The notes below the pieces were generated by a model that did no database searches, was not told the origin of the DNA, and saw only the letters and a program-made list of their open reading frames with translations. DNA of 64,000 nucleotides, from positions 5,576-69,575 of the forward strand of contig JAUCBJ010009146.1 of assembly GCA_032718475.1 (NCBI GenBank), read 5' to 3'. This document shows positions 24,487-33,616 of the stretch, piece after piece; the stretch's first letter is position 1; the number at the start of each line of letters is the position of its first letter. The position numbers and the translations under genes are program-made. This DNA comes from Nemertoderma westbladi (taxonomy: Eukaryota; Animalia; Xenacoelomorpha).

Positions 24487-27400
24487 TCAATCGAGCGAGC
24501 GTAGGTAATGCGATTTTACTGCATGTTTGAATGCCTCGACAGATACTGACTCGGTTACGTGGCGCGGCAGGCTATTCCAGATCGCTGGGCCCTTATAGTC
24601 AAAGGAGAGCTGGCCAAATGCGGTGTTTTTCTGTGGGATGACCGCTTTAGTTTGGGGGGCGCGCGTGTCACGTGTGGATGAGGAGAAGTCCACCATTTCC
24701 TGTATATAGCTCGGGGTGACGTTATGGTGAGTTTTGTACATGATAGTTGCCAGGTTTTGTTTAATTCGTAGTTTAATGGGTAGCCAGTTAATTTCTCGAA
24801 AGTGTGAATTGTCGATGTGGGTGCGATTGTCCAGTCCCAGGCAATACCGGATACATTTCCGTTGTAGGGCCTCCAGTTTGTTTCTCCATAGGATACTAAT
24901 AGATTGGAACCACACTGGTGATGCATAGTCCATTAGTGGTTGTATTAATGCATTGCATAGTAGGCGGCGTGTATTGTAGTCTAGTACACCGGCAAATCGC
25001 CACAGGAACTTTAACCGAGAGTTGCCTTTCTTTATTATTGTTGCAACCATCGATTCACTGTTTAGAGTTTTATCTAATTTGCAACCGAGGTAGTTGACCG
25101 AGTCCCTGTTCGCTATTGCTTTCCCATTGCATGTCACATTTAGTGGTTCGTTTATGGCTAAACGTTGTGCTGTTCCAAATAGGATACTTTCGGTTTTACC
25201 TAAATGGAGAGTTAGGCGGTTGTCTATGAGCCATGCTTGGGTGCATTCTAGATTCCGTGTTAGTGATTCCGATATGGTTCTTGAGTCTGAGCCAGGGACT
25301 AAGTGCGATATGTCGTCTGCGAACATCGGGGTGGGGCAATCAACGGCTTGGTCCGAGTCATTGGTGTGTGAGAGGAAAAGTAGGATCGCTAAGAGAGTTC
25401 CTTGTGGTAAACCGTCATCCAGCGTGCGTTGATCTGAGTCAACCCCCTGTATGGTTACAACTTGGGATCTGCTTGATAGATAGGATTCAAGCCACGCTAT
25501 TGCTTTGTTGTCAAAGCCCATGTATTTCAGTTTCATCAATAGTATGTTGCGATTCACCGTATCATAAGCTTTCTTGAGGTCTATTAACACCATCCCTGTT
25601 AACTGGCCACCATCTGCTGCTGATCGGATGACAGTGTCTATAAATATCAAGCATGTTTCCGTTGAATAGCCTTTACGAAAGGCACTTTGAAGTGCAGATA
25701 TGATAGAGTTTGATATCAAGTAATGGTACATCTGATCGTAGATTACTTTTTCTATAATCTTGGAGAGAATAGGTAGTAGAGACACTGGTCTGAAGTTTTC
25801 ACGTTGAGTTTGTGTGCCCCTTTTATAGATTGGTGCCACTTTGGCTAGTTTCATAGCTGAGGGAAATTTACATGTTGTTATGGAGATATTTATAATGTGA
25901 GTAATTGCTTTTGTCAGCTCAGTGGAACAGTCCTTATATATTTTTGCTGGTATACCATCAATGCCGGGACTTTTATCGGGATTAAGGTCGCATAAGATAC
26001 GAGAAACCACATCCTCTTCAGTTTGTTTTAGAGTAAAGCTATCTTTAGTTATTCCCTTAGATTCATAGTATCTGGCAACTGCAGCCTCACCAAAGCGACC
26101 TGTAGGTGGCGGTAATTGGGTTTCCAATTCATTAGCAACACCAGTGAAGTATTCGTTAAACGCATCAGCTATTTGTCTAGGGTCAGAAACTAGTTCGGTT
26201 CCATTATTGATTGTAAGTGGTCCATTTGATTGGCCTTTCTTTGATGGTAAGCCGAGGTTTTTGAGGGTCTTCCATAATTGTTTAGAGTTAGTTCTGTTCT
26301 CCTTAATTTGTTCTCGTATGTATGTCTGTTTAGTTTCCTTTATGAGTTTGGTGGTGTCATTCCTGATTCTCTTGTAATTTGTTTCATTTTCTTCAGTGCG
26401 ATATTTTCTTGCTGTGGTTAAGGCTTTATTCCTCATAGTTATAGTGTGTAGAAGATTTGGAGTTAGCCAGGGTTCGGTATGAGTTTTGATTCTGATATCC
26501 CGTTTCGGTGCTATAGTGTTGAGGATATTTAAAATCTCAGAGTTTAGAATGTCCACGGCTTCATCCACGTCATTTATATTGCCAATGTTATTAATTTTAC
26601 TATTGTTCACAATCATTTCCTTTAGTTTTGGTATGGAGTAGTCTCTGTATGTTCTAGCTCGGATTATTTTTGGTATGTATTTATGGTTTTTAATTTTCTT
26701 CCTGGTGACATATACGATGTAATGATCACTAATGCCGACTTCTATTACTCCAGATGCTGTAACTTTATTTTCCAGTGCTGAAGTATAAATGTGATCGATA
26801 ATGGTAGAAGATATCTCAGTAACACGGGTTGGGTCCTTGATTATTTGTTTAAGTCCAGTAGAGGCACAGAATGAGTCAACTATGTTTTTATTGCTTCGGT
26901 CATTACTAGATATGTCTGCATTGACGTCTCCAAGGATATAAATTTCTTTATGGTTAGATACCGTTCCAATAAAAGATTCTAAGGATTTGAAGAATTGAGT
27001 TATAGATGACTCTGGAGGTCGATATACCGATCCAATGAGGATTTCTTTGGTGTAGGGCATAATGAGAGTTCCAAATACCCCTTCAATATCCATTTGATTC
27101 AGTGAAATGCAGGCATTAAATACCAAATCGTCTCTAGTATATATTGCAACCCCTCCCCATCCATTCTCATTTCTATCCTTCCTGGTAATTTTATACCCTA
27201 TGATTTCGACTTCTTTGTCAGATACTGAGTCATCCAACCACGTTTCAGATACAGTTAGTATGTGTATTCGAGTATATAGTAGGATCAGTTTCAGTTCTGT
27301 TAGTTTTGGTAATAAACTTCTAACATTGAGGTGTAGCATGTGTATTCCTGGTTTTTCGAATATGGGAGTCCATGGGTATATCAGGGTGCCGGTGCTTGGA

Positions 27401-27495
27401 GGGGGTGAATTTTGGTGTATGTCGTCAGTTGAGATTGACGGATTGTGATTTTGCTCTGTAGTTTGGTTATGAGTTTGGGTTTGAATGTTAGGTAG
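24487..27495 (-). CDS. LINE E1 ORF2: AP endonuclease + reverse transcriptase, uninterrupted (first Met 27339; frame open from 27495)
   Basis: APE motifs LNVRSL, SETWL, YRPP, GDVN, IDHI, SDH; RT motifs NFRPVSLL, DLKKAYDTV, LPQG, FADD, YLG; WNSLP C-terminus. Confidence 0.95.
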   Translation of the reverse strand, partial: LPNIQTQTHNQTTEQNHNPSISTDDIHQNSPPPSTGTLIYPWTPIFEKPGIHMLHLNVRSLLPKLTELKLILLYTRIHILTVSETWLDDSVSDKEVEIIGYKITRKDRNENGWGGVAIYTRDDLVFNACISLNQMDIEGVFGTLIMPYTKEILIGSVYRPPESSITQFFKSLESFIGTVSNHKEIYILGDVNADISSNDRSNKNIVDSFCASTGLKQIIKDPTRVTEISSTIIDHIYTSALENKVTASGVIEVGISDHYIVYVTRKKIKNHKYIPKIIRARTYRDYSIPKLKEMIVNNSKINNIGNINDVDEAVDILNSEILNILNTIAPKRDIRIKTHTEPWLTPNLLHTITMRNKALTTARKYRTEENETNYKRIRNDTTKLIKETKQTYIREQIKENRTNSKQLWKTLKNLGLPSKKGQSNGPLTINNGTELVSDPRQIADAFNEYFTGVANELETQLPPPTGRFGEAAVARYYESKGITKDSFTLKQTEEDVVSRILCDLNPDKSPGIDGIPAKIYKDCSTELTKAITHIINISITTCKFPSAMKLAKVAPIYKRGTQTQRENFRPVSLLPILSKIIEKVIYDQMYHYLISNSIISALQSAFRKGYSTETCLIFIDTVIRSAADGGQLTGMVLIDLKKAYDTVNRNILLMKLKYMGFDNKAIAWLESYLSSRSQVVTIQGVDSDQRTLDDGLPQGTLLAILLFLSHTNDSDQAVDCPTPMFADDISHLVPGSDSRTISESLTRNLECTQAWLIDNRLTLHLGKTESILFGTAQRLAINEPLNVTCNGKAIANRDSVNYLGCKLDKTLNSESMVATIIKKGNSRLKFLWRFAGVLDYNTRRLLCNALIQPLMDYASPVWFQSISILWRNKLEALQRKCIRYCLGLDNRTHIDNSHFREINWLPIKLRIKQNLATIMYKTHHNVTPSYIQEMVDFSSSTRDTRAPQTKAVIPQKNTAFGQLSFDYKGPAIWNSLPRHVTESVSVEAFKHAVKSHYLRSLD

Positions 27496-28596
27496 TCAAT
27501 CCATTGTTTCTGCATCTGTTGGAGATGGGTGATTGGATGAGCGCCTAGGTAATGAAATTTTTGCGGCGTCACTGATGGCTCCCCTGTATATAACCCAGTT
27601 CTTATTAGGTTCGGCAGATTGTTTGGCCCGGCGTTGTTCGCGAAGTTCATACTGTAGTTTTCGTTCTGACGCCGTGTAGTCAGGGGTGATGTAGACATTT
27701 TGGTAGTGTTCTGATTGTCTTAAGTTTCGAGCACTTCTAAGTAGTTCCATTCGTTTTTCAATGGGCAAGGTTACAACAATAGACTGTGTTCCATTGTTTT
27801 TTGGTTTCCCAACTCTTCTTGTTTTTATGTCTTGTTTAAGTATAATAACGTTTACTGAATTAGCTATATCAGCAATCAATGTCTCATCATCAGTGACCGC
27901 AGGTGTAGTTCCACTTACTAGAAGATTTCTCTTGCGTTTATTTTGTTCTGATTCCTCATCTTTCAGCATTCTAGCAAGTAGAGCTACATTATTGGAAGGT
28001 TCATTTTTGTTTTGTTTCAGGGCCGCAGCGTAGTTCATTGGTTGTCCACATGGGACAGTGGCTGGTTTCTCCGTTGTTTCTTTAAGTTTCAAGTTTATAT
28101 CGGATTGGTTAGATTCGATATCCTTTAACTTATATTCAATATCACTCTGTAAAGAAGCTATTGTTTCACTTGCCAGGTATGTATCTTCCTTTATGCGATG
28201 TTCGAGATTGTCAATTTGTTGTTGGAAATCTAGGAATTGCTGATCGGTTAGAGACTTATGTTTCTCGAGATCTTTGTTAACCTGAGTCAGTTGTTTTCCC
28301 ATACAACGTCCACAGCGAAAGTCAACATGTCCGAAGTCTGTTCCTGATTTGGCTATACATATCATAAATATGTCACAGCTTGTTCCAGAGCAGCCAACTT
28401 CTATCTCAGTGTACCCGTCATCGCGTTTCGATTGAGTTGGTGTTATACCTGTACTGGTCAATGGCTTACCGATTTTCGGATTTGGAGACCCGTTATTTGG
28501 TCTTGTAGCCCTAGTAGTAACGCTGTTTCGGCGGTTGTTATTCCTTTGTATTTCAACATCGTTGGTTCTGTCGTTTCGGTTTCGTTGTGAAGACAT
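27496..28596 (-). CDS. LINE E1 ORF1 (Cys-rich finger, coiled coil, RRM-like domain), 366 aa
   Basis: ATG 28596; CSGTSC...FRCGRC, heptads, RKRNLLVSG, RRVGKPK, VYITPDYTASER typical of CR1/L2 ORF1. Confidence 0.85.
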   Translation of the reverse strand: MSSQRNRNDRTNDVEIQRNNNRRNSVTTRATRPNNGSPNPKIGKPLTSTGITPTQSKRDDGYTEIEVGCSGTSCDIFMICIAKSGTDFGHVDFRCGRCMGKQLTQVNKDLEKHKSLTDQQFLDFQQQIDNLEHRIKEDTYLASETIASLQSDIEYKLKDIESNQSDINLKLKETTEKPATVPCGQPMNYAAALKQNKNEPSNNVALLARMLKDEESEQNKRKRNLLVSGTTPAVTDDETLIADIANSVNVIILKQDIKTRRVGKPKNNGTQSIVVTLPIEKRMELLRSARNLRQSEHYQNVYITPDYTASERKLQYELREQRRAKQSAEPNKNWVIYRGAISDAAKISLPRRSSNHPSPTDAETMD

Positions 28597-29109
28597 TTCA
28601 CGGTTCTTTATTAAAGTGATTGCCGAGTAATTTTTATACCAAATACCAATAAACCATATATCAATTATATAATATATAATGTTTATATACAATTATAGGC
28701 AGGCAGTTCAGCGCCGTATCGGTACTGCAGTACTGGCTGCGGACTGCAGAAAAGAACAAAAATCAACTGTCAACTGTAGTTTGGCTGGTTGGTAGTACCG
28801 GAGGTTACAGGGTTACTGTGGTACGGTCAGACGGTCAAGGCCTACTACAGTCAGACAGTACTAGACAGCTAGAAGACTTCTAGTCTTCTAGTTATAGTAC
28901 TGTAGTACCGGTACTGCAGTACTGTAGTAGGCCTAGGCGGTAGGCCTTGGGTACGGTCTGACGGTAGTCCCTACCGGTACTAAATTAATAAATAAAATGT
29001 GGCTCTAATCACTAATGGGCCACCATACTGCAGTACAGTAGTAGTACTACTGTCTGACTGTACTAGTAAGAGTAACCATACAGTCCCAATCCCAATAAGC
29101 ATTAACTTG

Positions 29110-29600
29110 GTCGCGGTGCGATGTAGGGATTAGGCTGTTAGGGGCGCGTCGCGTTTAACGCACAGACTCAGGCGTTGATCGATATCCTGATATCAGGTCA
29201 ACCAACCTTGACGCCGAGTCTTACGCTAAACGTGCTCCTATGACCATTCTCGACAGTCAGGCAGCTCGAGGCTGCGGAAGATGAGAAGAAGCGGTTTTAC
29301 GCGGCTGCTGTAGCAGCTCGTCACGGCGACTTCTCACCTTTCGTGGCTTCGTCTGTTCGTGTGACGGCACCGCAGGCGAACATGCTGCTCCGCATTATCG
29401 CCACCAAACTTCACAGCTCCTGGCTGCCTGGGGTAAACCCTACGCCACCGTCATGGGATGGGTCCCCACGCGAGTGCAGTTCGCCATTGTCCGCGTTACG
29501 TCCCACTGCCTGCGTTGATCTCGCACGAGGTGGCGTAGCGGTCTGGGATTTGAGGACGGAGCCGGTCTTCCAACATTGGCCATGCAGCCATGTAAATAAA
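29110..29600 (+). mobile_element. Degenerate 3' fragment of a CRE-clade non-LTR retrotransposon (restriction-like endonuclease end)
   Basis: Frameshifted translation EAAEDEKKRFY..FSPFVAS..GKPYATVMGWV.TRVQFAIVR..CLR.SRTRWRSGLGFEDGAGLP. Confidence 0.7.
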
Positions 29601-30400
29601 ACTGTAAATAATATATTGTTGGACTTTTCCCGCTCCTACCTAAAAGTTTTTTTTTTTTTTAAAGTATGACAGTATGATTGCTTCCTGGTGGTGGGTATTA
29701 GAGCCATTGTTTGTTTTGTGTTTTATATTGTTTGTATATGTTTGTTGTAATAATATACACTTAATTAATAAAAAAAAAATTAACTTGGTCGTTTTGGCGG
29801 CCAAAATGACCAAAATCGCCAAAAAATGGGGTACCTATAACTTTTCGCCGTATCCTTATCCGTATGCATTTGCCGTATGCATTTGCCGTATCCACATGCA
29901 CATATGCGTTAGGTATGGCCGTATGGCAGTATGGTATAGTACACATCTGTCATAGGGCTGGATTACTAATATTTATATTACACAGCTCCTCACATCAATG
30001 TAGGGTATATTATATTAACACATACATATGTTGTGTTGGGAAAGGGGGGGGGGGGGGGGGGTGTAATTCATCATACATCATCTGATTTATTCACAGGTTA
30101 TTGTTAGGTCCAGTACTGCAGTAAAGTAAAGCTGTAGAATTTTAAAACAATCGCTGATTTACATTTTTCACTGTTGTAATTTATAAATATTTAAACATCT
30201 ACCTATCAGTCTATAGTGGGCAAAGAACATATACAGTATATTTCTGTATTTAATTGTACATGTGATCATATTATACAAAAATATATTATGCCGATGTACT
30301 GTTAATATTACATAACTAAAATCTGCAATTTGGGTACCGGTACCTCGGACCAGAAGGCAGTATAATGCTGTAATGCCAGACAGGTAGGCCTACTTAAAAG

Positions 30401-31029
30401 CAGGGCTGGCAAAGTAGGTTTTTGTAAACCTAGGTTTTTGTCGATTTTTGTCAAAAACCTAAACTTTGAAAAAAGCCTAAAACTAGGTTTTTAGGTTTTT
30501 GATCACAAAAAAGAGCCAAATTGCTTGTATTTTGAAAATTTCTGATGACAAAAATATTTTGGTTTTATGCATGATACCCACAGACTAAAGTCTTTTGAGT
30601 TACTGTCTTTAACTAAGCCGACAATAAAACCTCACTGCTGCACTGCTCGCAGCTGGAATGACTAATAGGCCTACTGTAATATTACCCTACCCGGTCCCCT
30701 TTTTAAAACAAAAATCAAATCGATTATTTTAATATATTCAGATATTGTAGACTTACTACAGGTATCTACTGAACTACCAGTGCTGTATAAAATATAATCT
30801 TGAACAATTGCGGCCCCATATAAATTATCTAACCATAAACGAATGAACTGATGAACCAATCAAGCTCAGGCAGTCAGGTCAATCTAATCAATCAATATGC
30901 AAATACAGCCTGAGAGAAATACTACAAAAACCTAGAAATAACATTCAAAAGCTGCAAAAACCTAACAAGAACCTAAAACCTAATTTTTGTTTTGAAAAAC
31001 CTACTGACCTAAGGTTTTTGCCAGCCCTG
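30401..31029. mobile_element. hAT-superfamily MITE
   Basis: TIR CAGGGCTGGCAAA / TTTGCCAGCCCTG with perfect 8-bp TSD CTTAAAAG (30393-30400, 31030-31037); AAAACCTA subterminal repeats. Confidence 0.92.
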
Positions 31030-31729
31030 CTTAAAAGTGATATGATTTAAAGAGTGCCGCTGCCGCTACCTAATGGCAAATAAACATTGTAGGACCAGGT
31101 TGAGTGACAGATGATGTCCTTCAGCCCCGGGATGCGCCACAGCGCTTGTTTTATTGTACTAACTGACACTGGCCGCCCGGTTGGACTTAGATTAATTACT
31201 GGCACCCGGTTGCACTCGCAGACACATGGTTTGACTAACTGGCACTAGGTTGGACTTGTAGGCACTTGGCTGCATATGGTTAACTATATAATGGCCCCGA
31301 AACAGCGAAAGTAAAGGTATATTATATGGGCAGTGATTTTTTATGTCCTTTTATTTGACTTTTTTGTCCTCCTTTTTTTACGAATTGTGCATAATGACTT
31401 TTGTTGTCCCTTTAATGACTTTTGTTGCCCTTTTAATGACTTTTTATGTATGTATTTCTTCAAACTGTCAGACTGCTGATTTCTGGACTGTCAGACAGTT
31501 GATTTCAACATCCCTATGCCAAAACATTCAAAATTTGTTGATTTCTGGTCTGTCGGACAGTTGGTTTCACTATGCCTGTGCCAAAACATATTCCATGATT
31601 CCATGATTTATAGACTATGAGATAGATTTCCATATGCGCCTGTGGTAAAAGACTCTAAATTTAATAGTTTGTGGTTGTTGTCGATAATCGATTACCACAT
31701 GACGTAGCAAAACACTCATTTTATAGCCA

Positions 31730-32810
31730 AAAACAATTACCAATTGATGGAAAGGAGCAGGTTACAGAGGCGGGCCTTTCTAACCAAAACAATAAACGAT
31801 CATTTAACTAATTGAGGGAAAGGAGCGGGTTACAGAGGCGGGATTTTCTAACTAAAACAATAAGCAGTCACTTTACCAAATCAGGGAAAGGAGCAGGTTA
31901 AAGAGACGGGATTTTCTAACCAAAACAATAAACGATAACATTTCCAATTGAGATAAAGGAGCAGGTTACATAGGCGGGTTTTTCTAACCAAAACAATAAA
32001 CGATCACTTAATTAATTGAGGGAAAGGAGCAGGTTACAGAGGCGGGATTTTCTAACCAAAACAATAAACGATCATTTAACTAATTGAGGGAAAGGGGCAG
32101 GTTACAGTAGCGGAATTTTCTAACCAAAACAATAAACGATCACTTAACTAATTGAGGGAAAGGAGCAGGTTACAGAGGCGGGATTTTGTAACCAAAACAA
32201 TAATAAACGATCATTTAACAAATTGAGGGGAAGGGGTAGGTTACAGAGGCGGAATTTTCTAACCAAAACAATAAACGATCATTTAACTAATTGAGGGAAA
32301 GGGGCAGGTTACAGAGGCGGGATTTTCTAACCAAAAAAATAAACAGTCACTTTACTAAATGAAGGAAAGGAGCAGGTTGCAGAGGCGGGCCTTTCTAACC
32401 AAAACAATAATAAACGGTCACTTTACCAAATCAGGGAAAGCAGCAGGTTACAGAGACGACTTTCTAACCAAAACAATAATTTAACTAATTGAGGGAAAGG
32501 GGCAGGTTACAGAGGCGGGATTTTCTAACCAAAACAATAAACAGTCATTTTACTAAATGAAGGAAAGGAGCAGGTTACAGAGGCGGGCCTTTCTAACCAA
32601 AACAATAAACGGTAACTTTACCAAATCAGGGAAAGGAGCAGGTTACAGAGGCGGGATTTTCTAACCAAAACAATAAACAGTCACTTTACTAAATGAAGGA
32701 AAGGAACAGGTTACAGAGGCGGGCCTTTCTAACCAAAACAATAAACGGTCACTTTACCAATTCAGGGAAAGGAGCAGGTTACAGAGGCGGGATTTTCTAA
32801 CCAAAACAAC
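31730..32810 (+). repeat. Tandem array of a ~68-69-bp unit (GGGAAAGGAGCAGGTTACAGAGGCGGGATTTTCTAACCAAAACAATAAAC...), about 15-16 copies
   Basis: AAGGAGC recurs at 31752, 31820, 31888 and onward. Confidence 0.92.
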
Positions 32811-33616
32811 CGGTCAGCCGGTAGGCATACCAGTACCGTATTTAAATGGTAGGCTACACAGTAGGCCTACACAGCAGTACCGGTGCCGGTACCGGTACTA
32901 AAATACCTAAAATACCTGCTTTATACCTATACATCTGTACATGCAATACTTCAAAATAGTGCTCTTTATACTAATACCGGTACTGATAGCCTGAGAGAAC
33001 AGCAGTAGAGAAACCGATAGCATGGAACCTAACGGTAAATTTCTGGTGGACATAAAAAGTAAAAAAAAACTAATACCGGTACTGATAGCCTGAGAGAACA
33101 GCAGTAGAGAAACCGGTAGCATGGAACCTAACGGTAGATTTCTGGAGGACATAAAAAGTAAAAAAAAGGACAAAAAAAGGATTTAAACGGACAATAAAAA
33201 TTATTGCGTATTATATGTTAAGAAATTCACAAAGAAGGACAGACTGACACGACGGTTTTCAATATCTGTGCGAATGTTTATTCCCTTAGCATTCTCATTG
33301 CTGCTTCTATCAGTCTAATGTTAGTGCCATATACTGTAGCAACCAACAACATTCTATAGCCAGGTTGGTGGAAAAACAGTTCAAAAATAAATTACGGTTG
33401 GTTAGTTTTCCAAGCTCCGTCAAGAAGAGTTAACTGGTTAATACAGTAGCAGTAGGTACTTCACTGCTGGCGCATCCCGGGGCTGGCGGACTGTCACCGG
33501 CTGTCAATCATCCTGGACCTGTCCTGCATTGTTTATTTGACATAAGCTGATAAGGTTGCCCGCAGCCACACTCTTTAAATCACTTAGCTTTAAGTAGGCC
33601 TACCTGTCTTCAGTCT

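Larger units (their letters stand above)
23754..28800 (-). mobile_element. Apparently full-length Crack/L2-group (CR1 superclade) LINE, element E1; 5' boundary approximate
   Basis: ORF1 + APE/RT ORF2, 3' stem-loop at 23989-24032, ATTAAA followed by (CCAATA)n tail ending ~23754 on the minus strand. Confidence 0.88.
30378..33609. mobile_element. Non-autonomous inverted-repeat element carrying an internal tandem array
   Basis: 30378-31139 (after removing the nested MITE) is the imperfect reverse complement of 33468-33609 (AGACAGGTAGGCCTACTTAAA...CAGCCCCGGGATGCGCCA). No TSD identified. Confidence 0.65.

Noticed and set aside
31730-32810. CRISPR-like repeat/spacer appearance
   Set aside because: Intervening parts are variants of each other, no unique spacers, eukaryotic context, no cas genes.
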